NCBI GenBank assembly: GCA_020248665.1
Contig: JADCHE010000036.1
Location: 1,996 to 65,995, forward strand
Length of the DNA: 64,000 nucleotides
DNA from: Burkholderiales bacterium
Lineage (GTDB): Bacteria; Pseudomonadota; Gammaproteobacteria; Burkholderiales; Burkholderiaceae_E
Direction: 5' to 3'
The notes under the pieces were generated by a model. The model worked only from the letters and a program-made list of their open reading frames with translations, ran no database searches and was not told the origin of the DNA. The translations under genes were made by a program, and so were the position numbers. The stretch's first letter is position 1. Each line of letters starts with the position of its first letter. This document shows positions 25,699 through 38,285 of the stretch, in pieces.

Positions 25699-27741
25699 TC
25701 ACCAGCCGAACAGCCCGGTGCGCAGCAGCGCGAAACACACCGCCCAGCCGGCGATCACCAGGGCGCTGTAGTAGATGCGGCCCATCCTGCTGCGCGCCCG
25801 GTGGCGCCAGAGGCGCAGCATCGCGAGCGTCATCAGCACCAGCGCGAACGCGTACGGCAGCAGCCCCCATGTCAGCGACCGGACCCCGGCCGGCAGCGCG
25901 CCCACCAGCAGCAGGAACTGGTTGCGCTCCACGGCGGCCCCGATCGCGCCGGCCGCGACCGCGAGGAACCCGAGCAGCGTCAGGCCGGCGAGCACCGGGA
26001 TCCAGGGCGCCGCCGCGACCAGCCGGCCGGCCCACCCCTCGGGCAGGACGTAGCCGCGGCCGCGGAACACCCGCCAGATCTCGGTGACCGCGTAGACCGG
26101 CACCGCGCTGAAGAACAGCAGCAGCGCGAAGCCGACGATCGCGGCCGGCCCGGCGAGCGCCTGCACGTGGTCCTGCACCGTCGCGCTGCCGCCCACCGAG
26201 CGCGCGGGCAGGCTGAGCAGGCGGTCGGGCGTCAGGAAGGCCGGCGCGGCCTCGTTCGCGCAGGCCGCGTCCGGGCGGCGGTCGGGCGCGTCGAGGAACG
26301 CCGCGATCAGCCGGTTCGCGCACGGCAGCGTGAACGCCTGCCCGTGCGTACCGCGCGCGAACGTGACCGCGTAGGCACGTCCGAGATGGCTCGCGACCCG
26401 CTCGGCGTTCGCGGGCGGAGTGATCGGGTCGAAGCTGCCCGACAGCAGCAGCGTGGGGATGTCGGACTTCAGCGGCGCGAGCAGCGCCTTGTCGAGCAGC
26501 CGGATCTTCCAGTCGCGGCAGACGTCGAGGATCTGCCGGCCCTCCTCCGCCGCCGACTGCGCGAGCCGGCCGACGACGCCGGGAAACTGCAGCGCGGTGG
26601 CCGGCGTGTCGCCGTACTCGGCGCACAGCACCGACATGTACATGCCGTCGGCCATGTCGCTGCGCGAGGCCTGCATCAGCGTCACGAAGTTCAGCACGAA
26701 GCTGTAGTCGCCCTGGTCCGCGCGATCGATGATGTACGGCACCAGCGGCACGGCCTCGCGCACGTACAGCGACTGGTAGAGCGCGCCGTCGAGGTCGCGC
26801 CCGGTCATCCGCTCGGGCGCGGGCGGCGGCGTGCCGCCGCCCGCGCGCGGCACGGGCAGCGCGACCGGTTCGCGGTCGAGCCGCTCCAGCAGCGCGAGGT
26901 AACGGGCGCCGAGGTTCGGGTACGCTGCGGCGCACTCGGCGGACTCGGCACAGGTCCGCGCGTACCGCTCCATGACCCGCTGCTTGACCGCGGGCACGTC
27001 GGTCACCAGGTTGAAGCCAAGCGGCACGACCGCGTCGAGCACCACCGCGCGCAGGCCCGCCGGGCGCTCGCGCATCAGGAACTGGCCGAGTTAGGTGCCG
27101 TAGGACACGCCATAGAAATTGAAGGCCGCGTAGCCGAGCGCCGCCCGCACCGCGTCGACGTCGCGCGCGTTCTCGAGCGTGTTGAACGCCGACAGGTCGC
27201 CGGACTCGGCCGCGAGGCGCGTGCCGCAGCGACGCATCGCATCGCGCTCCTGCTCGGGGGTGGCACCCGAGGGCAGGCGCTGCATCTCGTGGCACAGCAG
27301 CCGCGGCTGCGAGAAGTAGGTGCCGCGCTGGTCCCAGAGCACCAGATCGCGATCGAGCACCGGGCGCTTCGACGGATCCTCGAGCAGCACGCGGCCGAAG
27401 CCGCCGATCGTCGAGCCGCCGGGGCCGCCCTGCGCGAGGAACAGCGGGTCGGGCTTGCGGGCCGCGCGGTCGAGCGCGGGGATCACGACCGTGGCGAGGC
27501 GGATGCGCGGCGAGTCCGCCACGCCGTGGCGCAACGGCACCGACACGTAACCGCACAGCACGGAGGCATCGCCCTCGGGAAGCTTGAAGACACCGCAGTC
27601 CTCGGGAGACCACTCCGGGCCGAAGGAGGCCTCGTCGGGTCCGGACGGGGCGGCGGGCGCCGGGGCGCCGGCGAGCAGGCCGGACGCGCAGAGCACGAAC
27701 GCACTGGCGGCCGCGCGCAGGCGGCGCAGGGGATCGATCAC
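25699..27741 (-). pseudogene. secreted alpha/beta hydrolase (prolyl/tripeptidyl aminopeptidase-like) with a C-terminal multi-helix membrane domain, interrupted by one in-frame TAA
   Basis: ORFs 27091..27741 and 25699..27075 are in the same frame. The read-through translation is ...[33 protein letters not shown]. The stop (TAA, plus-strand tta 27091-27093) lies 2 codons after the GxSxG nucleophile elbow. There is a signal peptide at the N-terminus. Confidence 0.7.
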
Positions 27742-27815
27742 GCGGGACCTCCCGGGGGCGACGGGTCGCGGGGATTATCCCGGAAGCCCGCTCCCCCGTG
27801 ACGACCCGCTTCGAC

Positions 27816-29366
27816 TCAGGGCGCGGACTCGTACTGCGGATTGACCCGCGGCGCGTCGGAGTGCAGCCTGTTCAGCGCGTTCAGGTAGGCCTTCGCCGAC
27901 GCGACGACTATGTCCGGATCCGCCCCCACGCCGTTGACGATCCGTCCGGCGCGCGACAGCCGCACCGTCACCTCGCCCTGCGACTCGGTGCCGGTGGTGA
28001 TCGCGTTCACCGAATAGAGCATCAGCTCGGCGCCGCTCGCCACCTTCGACTCGATCGCCTTCAGGGTGGCGTCGACCGGGCCGTTGCCGTCGGACTCGGC
28101 CTTCATCTCCTTGCCGCCGACCGCGATGACGACGCTCGCCTGCGGCCGCTCGCCCATCTCGGACGACTGCTTCATCGACAGCAGCCGGAAGTGCTCGGTC
28201 TCCTGGGTCACCGACTCGTCGGACACCAACGCGTGGATGTCCTCGTCGTAGATCTCGGCCTTGCGGTCGGCGAGGTCCTTGAAGCGCACGAACGCGGCGT
28301 TGACCTCGGTCTCCGACTCGAGCTGGATGCCGAGTTCCTGCAGCCGCTGCTTGAACGCGTTGCGGCCCGAGAGCTTGCCCAGCACGATCCTGTTGGTCGC
28401 CCAGCCGACGTCCTCGGCGCGCATGATCTCGTAGGTGTCGCGGGCCTTCAGCACGCCGTCCTGGTGGATGCCCGAGGCGTGCGCGAACGCGTTGGCGCCG
28501 ACCACCGCCTTGTTCGGCTGCACCGGGAAGCCGGTGATGCCGGACACCAGCTTCGAGATCGGGACGATCTGCGAGGTGTCGATGCCGACCTCGAGCCCGA
28601 AGAAGTCGCGGCGGGTCTTGACCGCCATCACCACCTCCTCGAGCGAGGTGTTGCCGGCGCGCTCGCCCAAGCCGTTGATCGTGCACTCCACCTGCCGCGC
28701 GCCGCCCTGCACGACGCCGGCGAGCGAGTTGGCCACCGCCATGCCGAGGTCGTTGTGGCAGTGGACCGACCAGACCGCCTTGTCGGAGTTCGGGATCTTC
28801 TCGCGCAAGTCGCGGATGAAGGCACCGTAGAGCTCCGGGATCGCGTAGCCGACGGTGTCGGGGATGTTGATCGTCGTCGCGCCCTCGGCGATCACCGTCT
28901 CGAGCACGCGGTAGAGGAACTCGGGCTCGGAGCGGTAGCCGTCCTCGGGCGAGAACTCGACGTCGTCGGTGAACTTGCGGGCGAAGCGCACCGCGAGCTT
29001 CGCCTGCTCGTGGACCTGCTCGGGCGTCATCCGCAGCTTCTTCTCCATGTGCAGCGGCGACGTGGCGATGAAGGTGTGGATGCGCTTGCGGGCGGCCGGC
29101 GCGAGCGCCTCGGCGGCGCGCGACAGGTCGCGGTCGTTGGTGCGGGCGAGCGAGCAGACGATCGACTCGCGGACCGAGGTCGCGATCGACCTCACCGCCT
29201 CGAAGTCGCCGTTCGACGACGCGGCGAACCCCGCCTCGATGACGTCGACGCGCAGCTTCTCGAGCAGCTTCGCGATCCGCAGCTTCTCCTCGCGCGTCAT
29301 CGACGCGCCGGGGCTCTGCTCGCCGTCGCGCAGCGTGGTGTCGAAGATGATCAGGCGGTCGGACAT
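27816..29366 (-). CDS. leuA: 2-isopropylmalate synthase
   Basis: [24 protein letters not shown]..., [16 protein letters not shown], and the C-terminal LeuA dimerisation/regulatory domain. I chose ATG at 29366 inside ORF 27816..29513. Confidence 0.95.
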   Translation of the reverse strand: MSDRLIIFDTTLRDGEQSPGASMTREEKLRIAKLLEKLRVDVIEAGFAASSNGDFEAVRSIATSVRESIVCSLARTNDRDLSRAAEALAPAARKRIHTFIATSPLHMEKKLRMTPEQVHEQAKLAVRFARKFTDDVEFSPEDGYRSEPEFLYRVLETVIAEGATTINIPDTVGYAIPELYGAFIRDLREKIPNSDKAVWSVHCHNDLGMAVANSLAGVVQGGARQVECTINGLGERAGNTSLEEVVMAVKTRRDFFGLEVGIDTSQIVPISKLVSGITGFPVQPNKAVVGANAFAHASGIHQDGVLKARDTYEIMRAEDVGWATNRIVLGKLSGRNAFKQRLQELGIQLESETEVNAAFVRFKDLADRKAEIYDEDIHALVSDESVTQETEHFRLLSMKQSSEMGERPQASVVIAVGGKEMKAESDGNGPVDATLKAIESKVASGAELMLYSVNAITTGTESQGEVTVRLSRAGRIVNGVGADPDIVVASAKAYLNALNRLHSDAPRVNPQYESAP

Positions 29367-29487
29367 GGCGGACGGTCTCCTCGGGGATCGCGGGCACGTG
29401 GAGCGGCCCGGCGCAGCGATCGATTGTAGCCGGGGCGCGGACGGGACGAAGGCCGGCGCCCGGCGGGACGGCGCGGCGCGCCCCGGC

Positions 29488-30417
29488 TCAGGGACCGGCC
29501 GGCGACGACGCACCCGCCGGCCCCGCGGGCGACTCGCGCCGCTCGCCGCCGGCCGCGACCACGATGCCGGCCAGCAGCGTCGCGAAGCCGGCGAGCTGCA
29601 GCGTCGAGAAGGTCTCGCCGAGGAATGCCCAGGCGAGCACCGCCGAGCCGACCGGCTCGCCGAGGATCGCGAGCGCGACGAAGGTCGCCGACAGGTGGCG
29701 CAGCGACGCGTTGATGATCGTGTGGCCGGCGAGCTGCGGCCCGAGCGCCATCGCGGCGATCGGCAGCCAGGCCGCGGCCGGGATCGTCCACAGCCCCTGC
29801 CCGCCCGCGATCGCGATCGCGTTCATCGCGAGCGCGGCCGCGCCGTAGACGATCGCGACGTAGGCGAGCAGCGTCAGGCGCCGGTTCAGCCCGCGGCCGA
29901 CGAGGAAATAGCCGGAGATCGCGACCGCGCCGGCGAGCGCGAGCGCGTTGCCGAACATCGGGTCGCGGCCCGCCGTGCCCGGCGCGGCCGACAGGTCCGA
30001 GGCGATGATCAGCGCGCTGCCGAGGATCGCCATCGCGATGCCGGACGCGGTGCGCCGCGTCGGCGGCTCGCCGAGCAGCCACCATGACAGCAGGCCGACC
30101 CAGATCGGGTTGGTGGTGACCAGCGCGACGCTGCTCGCGACCGAGGTGTAGTGCAGCGATGCGATCCAGGTCGCGAAGTGGACGGCCAGGAACACGCCGG
30201 CCACGGCGGCGATGCCCCAGTCGCGGCGCGCGAGCCGGCCGAGCTCGGGGCCGCGCCGCAGCATCGCGAGCGGCACGACGACGAGCGCGGCGAGCGTCAG
30301 GCGTCCCGCCGCGACCGCGAGCGGCCCGGCGCCGGCGTCGATCGCGAAGCGGATCAGCAGCGCCGCCGTCGAGACGATCAGCACGCCGGCCGCGAGGGCG
30401 AGGAAGCGCAGGGGCAC
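29488..30417 (-). CDS. EamA/DMT-family transporter
   Basis: Ten hydrophobic helices in two EamA-like halves. GTG start. Confidence 0.8.
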   Translation of the reverse strand: MPLRFLALAAGVLIVSTAALLIRFAIDAGAGPLAVAAGRLTLAALVVVPLAMLRRGPELGRLARRDWGIAAVAGVFLAVHFATWIASLHYTSVASSVALVTTNPIWVGLLSWWLLGEPPTRRTASGIAMAILGSALIIASDLSAAPGTAGRDPMFGNALALAGAVAISGYFLVGRGLNRRLTLLAYVAIVYGAAALAMNAIAIAGGQGLWTIPAAAWLPIAAMALGPQLAGHTIINASLRHLSATFVALAILGEPVGSAVLAWAFLGETFSTLQLAGFATLLAGIVVAAGGERRESPAGPAGASSPAGP

Positions 30418-30441
30418 GGGGCCGCGCCGGGGATCAGGGGA

Positions 30442-32244
30442 TCAGGTCTTGGGCAGCGTCACGCCGCGCTGGCCCTGGTACTTGCCGCCGCGGTCCTTGT
30501 AGGAGGTCTCGCAGACTTCGTCGGATTCGAAGAAGAGGACCTGCGCGCAGCCCTCGCCCGCGTAGATCTTCGCGGGCAGCGGCGTGGTGTTCGAGAACTC
30601 CAGGGTGACGTAGCCTTCCCACTCGGGCTCGAAGGGCGTTACGTTGCAAATTATCCCGCAGCGGGCGTACGTCGAATTGTGGACGATGAAGTCGTTCGCG
30701 ACGAAGTTGTGATCGCCCGGAACGGTCAGGTCGTACACCTCCTCCTCACCAGCGGGTTCGATCGATTCGACTACATCCCAAACCGGGCCGTGGGCGAGTG
30801 CGACGAGTTCTTCGCACGCGAGTGCCACGGCAACGTTGCGGAAGAGATGGAGCGGAACCGACTGGCGCTCGCTCGCCCTGCGCGTGCTGAAGCGCTGCAG
30901 GCGCTCGCCCGACTGCTGGAGCGCTGCGGCGAGCAGGCCCCACGCCGCCTGCGGCAGCGTGTCGAAGTTCGATTTCGGGCGAGTCTCGAGGTTGGCGATG
31001 AAGGGCAGCACGTCCTCTTCCAGGCGACGCTGCTTGATCGACCCGGGTACGAAACCGATTTCCCGCGCAAATCGCGCGATCTGGTCGCGCGCGGTGATCT
31101 GGACGCTGTACGCATCGGTTCCGATCGAGGTGATCTTGCTGCGAACCCGGGAAAAGATACCGAACCGCAGCAGCAGGTGCCGGACGTCTTCGACCAGTCT
31201 TCGTGACTTCGAGTAGTACTCGAGAAACGCCGACTGCTCGCTCCGGTAGAGTCCCCTGTCCCCCGCGAACAGTGACTGCAGGAAGCGACGCACCGCCGGT
31301 TTCGGCGCGGTGAACACCGCCTGCGGGACGAACTTCGCTTCCGCCCCGACGTCGATTCCGTACCCGTTGAGCCATCGGCTCGCCCGGTTCCTCTCCGGCA
31401 CGCCTCCCCGGCCTGCCTTGTTGACGAGGCGCCACCCGCAACGTCCGCGGAAGGTGACGGTACCCAGACCACCGGCTGTGACGCACTCGCGCAGCAGGTC
31501 GACGAGAACCGGATCCTCCGACGTGAAGGTCGGGCTGTGGCCGGCCGTACGGCACTGTCCTTCGGAGATCATCAATCCCAGCAGCGACGCTTCCCAATCG
31601 GGCAGCGGCGTGCTCCCGAACACGGGGATGTCGCGGGCCACGGCGATTCGATCGCCGGGCCGCAGGTCCGATAGCGCCGTCCAGCCTTGCAGTTGTCGGA
31701 AAGGATGGTTCGCGGTCGCCCGGATCGAGAGGCCCGCCCGCGTCCGCAACTCGAACACTGGCTTGCGCCCCTGCGGGATGAACGCCGACACCGGCGAAGC
31801 ACGCAAGCCCCAGCGGTGCATCGACAGGGTGGCCTGCGCGTCCACGAACTCAGCGATGGGCCGCAGCGCGCCCGTCTGCGCGTCGACGACACGGGTATCC
31901 CCCGTGACGCACTTGCCGAGGCAGATGGTCAGCACGCTGCGCGGAATGCGGAAGTACTCGACGGTCCGGGCCAGTGCGAACGAATTGGGCGGGATGATGC
32001 AGACGTCGCCCTTGAAATCGACGAACGACTTCTCGTCGAAGTTCTTCGGATCGACGATCGTCGAATTGATGTTGGTGAAGATCTTGAACTCGTCGGCGCA
32101 GCGGATGTCGTAACCGTAGCTCGACGTGCCGTACGAGACGACCTTGCGCCCATCGACCTCGCGCACCTGCCCCGGCTCGAACGGCTCGATCATGCCGTGC
32201 TGCTCGGCCATCCTGCGGATCCAGCGGTCGGACTTGATGCTCAT
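30442..32244 (-). CDS. dcd: dCTP deaminase precursor containing an intein (exteins 111 + 77 aa, intein 412 aa)
   Basis: N-extein: [22 protein letters not shown]...[33 protein letters not shown]...[13 protein letters not shown]-extein: [42 protein letters not shown]...[16 protein letters not shown]. Joined, they form a normal 188-aa proteobacterial Dcd. ATG at 32244; the upstream part of ORF 30442..33051 is junk. Confidence 0.93.
   Translation of the reverse strand: MSIKSDRWIRRMAEQHGMIEPFEPGQVREVDGRKVVSYGTSSYGYDIRCADEFKIFTNINSTIVDPKNFDEKSFVDFKGDVCIIPPNSFALARTVEYFRIPRSVLTICLGKCVTGDTRVVDAQTGALRPIAEFVDAQATLSMHRWGLRASPVSAFIPQGRKPVFELRTRAGLSIRATANHPFRQLQGWTALSDLRPGDRIAVARDIPVFGSTPLPDWEASLLGLMISEGQCRTAGHSPTFTSEDPVLVDLLRECVTAGGLGTVTFRGRCGWRLVNKAGRGGVPERNRASRWLNGYGIDVGAEAKFVPQAVFTAPKPAVRRFLQSLFAGDRGLYRSEQSAFLEYYSKSRRLVEDVRHLLLRFGIFSRVRSKITSIGTDAYSVQITARDQIARFAREIGFVPGSIKQRRLEEDVLPFIANLETRPKSNFDTLPQAAWGLLAAALQQSGERLQRFSTRRASERQSVPLHLFRNVAVALACEELVALAHGPVWDVVESIEPAGEEEVYDLTVPGDHNFVANDFIVHNSTYARCGIICNVTPFEPEWEGYVTLEFSNTTPLPAKIYAGEGCAQVLFFESDEVCETSYKDRGGKYQGQRGVTLPKT
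30676..31911 (-). mobile_element. intein with LAGLIDADG homing-endonuclease domain inserted in dcd
   Basis: Cys1 (TGC, plus-strand 31909-31911) begins [10 protein letters not shown]. Block B is [17 protein letters not shown]-like motifs are [11 protein letters not shown] and [13 protein letters not shown]. The C-terminus is [21 protein letters not shown] (Asn codon 30676-30678), followed by Ser+1 (30673-30675). Confidence 0.9.
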
Positions 32245-32484
32245 TCGGGGCTCGCGCGAAGGGAATCCGGAATTGTAGAACGTCCGGCCGAGCCGCCTTC
32301 CGGACGGCCCCGCGCACGACCGAGGCGCCCGGGCGCTGCGCAGCGCCCGCCCCTTGACGCACGCCCGCGGGAACGCCACCCTTCGACGCCCCCCGAGGGG
32401 CCGCGACCTATGAGCGGCGCTGCATAGGTGGCGACCGACCCGCGACGGGTCGGCCACAGCGCGACACGAACGAGGAGACGAAGG

Positions 32485-32952
32485 ATGAAGGTTGACCTGA
32501 ACTTGACGGTGAACGGCCGCGCCGTGTCCGTGAGCGTCGATCCGAGGACGCTGCTGGTGCAGCTGATCCGAGAGCAGCTGCAGCTGACCGGCACCCACGT
32601 GGGCTGCGACACCGCGCAGTGCGGCGCCTGCACCGTCCGGCTGGACGGCCGCGCGGTCAAGGCCTGCTCGATGCTCGCGGTGCAGGCCCAGGGCGGCACG
32701 CTCGAGACGATCGAGGGGCTCGCGGCCGCCGACGGCGGCATGCACCCGGTCCAGCAGGCGTTCAAGGAGTGCCACGGCCTGCAGTGCGGCTTCTGCACCC
32801 CCGGCATGGTGATGGCGACGGTGCAGCTGATCGCCGACCAGCCCAAGCCCACCGAGGCGCAGATCCGCGAGGCGCTCGAGGGCAACATCTGCCGGTGCAC
32901 CGGCTACCACAACATCGTCCGCGCGGTTCAGACCGCCGCGTCGGCCGCCTGA
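32485..32952 (+). CDS. (2Fe-2S)-binding small subunit of an aerobic-type Mo-hydroxylase (CoxS-like)
   Basis: [12 protein letters not shown] and QCGFCTPGM...CRCTGY cysteine motifs. ATG at 32485 is preceded by GGAGACGAAGG. Confidence 0.9.
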   Translation: MKVDLNLTVNGRAVSVSVDPRTLLVQLIREQLQLTGTHVGCDTAQCGACTVRLDGRAVKACSMLAVQAQGGTLETIEGLAAADGGMHPVQQAFKECHGLQCGFCTPGMVMATVQLIADQPKPTEAQIREALEGNICRCTGYHNIVRAVQTAASAA

Positions 32953-32965
32953 GGAGGACCTCCGC

Positions 32966-35323
<2,358 letters not shown>

Positions 35324-35342
35324 ACCGACAGGAGACGACACG

Positions 35343-36146
35343 ATGTACACCTTCGACTACCAGCGGCCCGCCGACGTGGCGGGCGCCGCGCGTGCGGGCT
35401 CGACCGAGGACGCGCGCTTCCTGGCCGGCGGCCAGAGCCTCGTGCAGGCGATGCGGATGCGCCTGTCGCAGCCGTCGGCACTCGTCGACCTGGGCGGCAT
35501 CGCCGGCCTGGCCGGCATCGAGGCCGGCGCGGGCACGATGAAGATCGGCGCGATGACCCGCCACTCGGCGGTCGCGCGCTCGGCCGAGGTCCTGCGGGCG
35601 ATCCCGGCGCTCGCCGCGCTCGCCGGCGGCATCGGCGACCCCATGGTGCGCAATGCCGGAACGATCGGCGGGTCGCTCGCGAACGCCGATCCCGCGGCCT
35701 GCTACCCTGCGGGCGTGCTCGGGCTCGGGGCGACGATCCGCACCGACCGGCGCGCGATCCCGGCCGACGACTTCTTCCTCGGGCTGTTCGAGACCGCGCT
35801 GCAGCCCGGCGAGCTGATCGTCTCGGTGGAGTTCCCGGTGCCCCGGCAGGCCGCATACCTCAAGTTCAAGCAGCCCGCGTCGCGCTTCGCGATCGTCGGC
35901 GTGTTCGTGTCGCACGGCTCGGCAGGCGTGCGCGTGGGTGTCACCGGCGCGAAGGCCTGCGCGTTCCGCTGGACGGCGGCCGAGCAGGCGCTGTCGGCCA
36001 AGGGGTTCGCGCCCGGCTCGATCGACGGCCTGTCGATCGACGCATCCGACATGAACGCGGACCTGCACGCGAGCGCGGAGTACCGCGCGTCGCTGGTGGC
36101 GACGCTGACGCGACGCGCGGTCGCGCAGGCCACCGCATCGGCATGA
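35343..36146 (+). CDS. FAD-binding medium subunit (CoxM-like)
   Basis: FLAGGQSLVQAMRMRL and GDPMVRNAGTIGGSLANADP are FAD_binding_5/CO_deh_flav_C patterns. ATG at 35343. Confidence 0.85.
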   Translation: MYTFDYQRPADVAGAARAGSTEDARFLAGGQSLVQAMRMRLSQPSALVDLGGIAGLAGIEAGAGTMKIGAMTRHSAVARSAEVLRAIPALAALAGGIGDPMVRNAGTIGGSLANADPAACYPAGVLGLGATIRTDRRAIPADDFFLGLFETALQPGELIVSVEFPVPRQAAYLKFKQPASRFAIVGVFVSHGSAGVRVGVTGAKACAFRWTAAEQALSAKGFAPGSIDGLSIDASDMNADLHASAEYRASLVATLTRRAVAQATASA

Positions 36147-37051
36147 CGGCCCTGCCCGACTCGGTCGACGCCGTCCAGGCGCTGCTCGCGACCCGCGGCT
36201 ACGTCGCGGACCGGCGCCTGGCGACCGCGCTCTTCCTGTCCCTGAGGCTGCAGCGCCCGCTGTTCCTCGAGGGCGAGGCGGGCGTGGGCAAGACCGAGCT
36301 GGCGAAGGTGCTCGCCGACGCGACCGACGCGCCCCTCGTGCGGCTGCAGTGCTACGAGGGGCTCGACGTCGCGCAGGCGGCCTACGAGTGGAACGTCTCG
36401 CGCCAGCTGCTGCACGTGCGGCTGGCCGAGGCGGAAGGTCGCCAGGGGGACCGGGAGGGCGTGGAGCGTGCGCTCTACGCCCGCGACATGCTGCTCGCGC
36501 GGCCGCTGCTCGCGGCGCTCGAGTCGGAGCAGCCTGCGGTGCTGCTGATCGACGAGCTCGACCGCGCAGACGAGCCCTTTGAGGCGTTCCTGCTCGAGGT
36601 GCTGTCGGACTGGCAGATCACGATCCCCGAACTGGGCCCGATCCGCGCGCGGCACGTGCCGCGCGTGATCGTCACCTCCAACCGAACGCGCGAGATCCAC
36701 GACGCGCTCAAGCGCCGCTGCCTGTACCACTGGGTCGAATTCCCCGACCTCGAACGCGAGTACGCGATCGTCGTGCGCAAGGTGCCCCACGCGCCCGAGG
36801 CGCTGTCACGGCAGGCGGTGGCCTTCGTGCAGCGGATGCGCGGGCTGGACCTCTTCAAGGCGCCGGGCGTCGCCGAGACGATCGACTGGGTCAACGCGCT
36901 GGTCGCCCTCGACCGGATGGCGCTCGACCCGGCTTCGGTGTCGGACACGCTCGGCGTGCTGCTCAAGTACCAGGACGACATCGCACGGATGCAGGGCGGG
37001 GACGCACAGAAGCTGCTGCAGGAGATCGCGGTGGCGGCCGGCACCGCCTGA
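36143..37051 (+). CDS. MoxR-family AAA+ ATPase (CoxD-like)
   Basis: Walker A GEAGVGKTELA, Walker B VLLIDELDRA. The start overlaps the preceding stop. Confidence 0.85.
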   Translation: MTALPDSVDAVQALLATRGYVADRRLATALFLSLRLQRPLFLEGEAGVGKTELAKVLADATDAPLVRLQCYEGLDVAQAAYEWNVSRQLLHVRLAEAEGRQGDREGVERALYARDMLLARPLLAALESEQPAVLLIDELDRADEPFEAFLLEVLSDWQITIPELGPIRARHVPRVIVTSNRTREIHDALKRRCLYHWVEFPDLEREYAIVVRKVPHAPEALSRQAVAFVQRMRGLDLFKAPGVAETIDWVNALVALDRMALDPASVSDTLGVLLKYQDDIARMQGGDAQKLLQEIAVAAGTA

Positions 37052-37058
37052 GGCCGGC

Positions 37059-38285
37059 GTGCGTCCGCTCGAGGCGCCCCGGTCGGGTCGGCTGGCCCGC
37101 AACGTCGTGGCGTTCTCGCGGCTGCTGCGCGACGCCGGCCTGCCGATCGGGCTCGACCAGTCGATCGCAGCGCTGCGCGCGGTCGAGGCGGTGGGCCTCG
37201 AGCGGCGCGAGGACGTGCGCGCCGCGCTCGCGGCGACGCTCACCAGCCGCCACGAGCACCAGGCGGTGTTCGACGCGGCATTCGAGGCGTTCTGGCGCGA
37301 CCCGAAGCTGGTCGAGCGGATGATGGCCGCGCTGCTGCCCAAGGTCGCCGGCCGCGGCAAGCCCCCGGCGGCCGCGCAGCGCCCCGCCCGGCTCGAGCAG
37401 GCACTGCACTCGGGACCGCGCGCGGCCCCGAAACCGTCGTTCGCCCCCGATGCCGACGACGAGGTCACGATCGACGCGATGCTCACCTGGTCGGACCGCG
37501 AACGGCTGCGCACCCGCGACTTCGAGTCGATGACGGTCGAGGAGTTCCGCGAGGCGGTGCGTCTGGTCCGCGAGGTGCCGGTCCCGGTCGACCCGGTGCC
37601 GGTGCGCCGCTGGCGCGCGGCGCGGCGCGGACCGGTCGACCTGCGGGCGACGCTGCGGCGGATGGCGCGCGACCCGTCGCTCGGCACCGTCGCGCGGCAG
37701 GCGCGGCGCGAGCGGCCGGCGCCGCTGGTGATCCTGTGCGACGTGTCCGGCTCGATGGAGCGCTACGCGCGCGTGCTGCTGCACTGGGGGCACGCGCTGA
37801 TGCGCACGCGGCCGCGGGTCGCTGTGTTCACCTTCGGCACGCGGCTGACCGACGTGACCCGGATGCTGCGCCACCGCGATCCGGACGAGGCGGTCGCGGC
37901 CGCGGCGCGCGCGGTCGAGGACTGGAGCGGCGGCACCCGCATCGGCCCGTCGATCGACGCGTTCAACCGGCACTGGGCGCGCCGCGTGCTGACCGGCAAC
38001 GCCGCGGCGCTGCTGGTCACCGACGGACTCGACCGTGCCGACGACGGCTCGCTCGGCGCGGCCGCCGCGCAGCTCGCCCGCTTCGCGCGGCGCGTCGTGT
38101 GGCTCAACCCGCTGCTGCGCTACGACGGCTTCGAGCCGCGCGCGGCCGGCGTGCGGGCGCTGCTGCCGCACGTCGATCGCCACATTCCCGTCCATTCCCT
38201 CGCGCGCCTGGAGGACGTCGGGCGCGCGCTGCGCGAGGCCGCCGCGCCGCGGCGCCCCGCATCCCGCACGGAGTCGCATGCATGA
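37059..38285 (+). CDS. VWA-domain protein (CoxE-like)
   Basis: MIDAS-containing segment LVILCDVSGSMERYARVLL. GTG start. It follows the MoxR ATPase, as in cox clusters. Confidence 0.8.
   Translation: MRPLEAPRSGRLARNVVAFSRLLRDAGLPIGLDQSIAALRAVEAVGLERREDVRAALAATLTSRHEHQAVFDAAFEAFWRDPKLVERMMAALLPKVAGRGKPPAAAQRPARLEQALHSGPRAAPKPSFAPDADDEVTIDAMLTWSDRERLRTRDFESMTVEEFREAVRLVREVPVPVDPVPVRRWRAARRGPVDLRATLRRMARDPSLGTVARQARRERPAPLVILCDVSGSMERYARVLLHWGHALMRTRPRVAVFTFGTRLTDVTRMLRHRDPDEAVAAAARAVEDWSGGTRIGPSIDAFNRHWARRVLTGNAAALLVTDGLDRADDGSLGAAAAQLARFARRVVWLNPLLRYDGFEPRAAGVRALLPHVDRHIPVHSLARLEDVGRALREAAAPRRPASRTESHA

Noticed and set aside
27091-27093. Programmed recoding (selenocysteine, pyrrolysine or read-through) at the in-frame stop of the hydrolase.
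   Set aside because: The codon is TAA, not TGA or TAG. I see no SECIS-like hairpin. The position normally holds an ordinary residue in this family, so a nonsense mutation or sequencing error is the simpler explanation.
29367-29487. leuA leader peptide/attenuator or a clear sigma70 promoter (TACAAT at 29423-29428, minus).
   Set aside because: A -10-like TACAAT exists, but the best -35 (TTCGTC) is poor. I found no Leu-rich leader ORF or alternative hairpins, so the evidence is too weak to annotate.
30442-32244. dCTP deaminase as an anti-phage nucleotide-depletion defence gene.
   Set aside because: The exteins form a standard 188-aa housekeeping Dcd without the extra N-terminal (kinase-like) domain reported for defence-type dCTP deaminases. 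The synteny with leuA is chromosomal and core-like. The extra 412 aa are explained by the intein.
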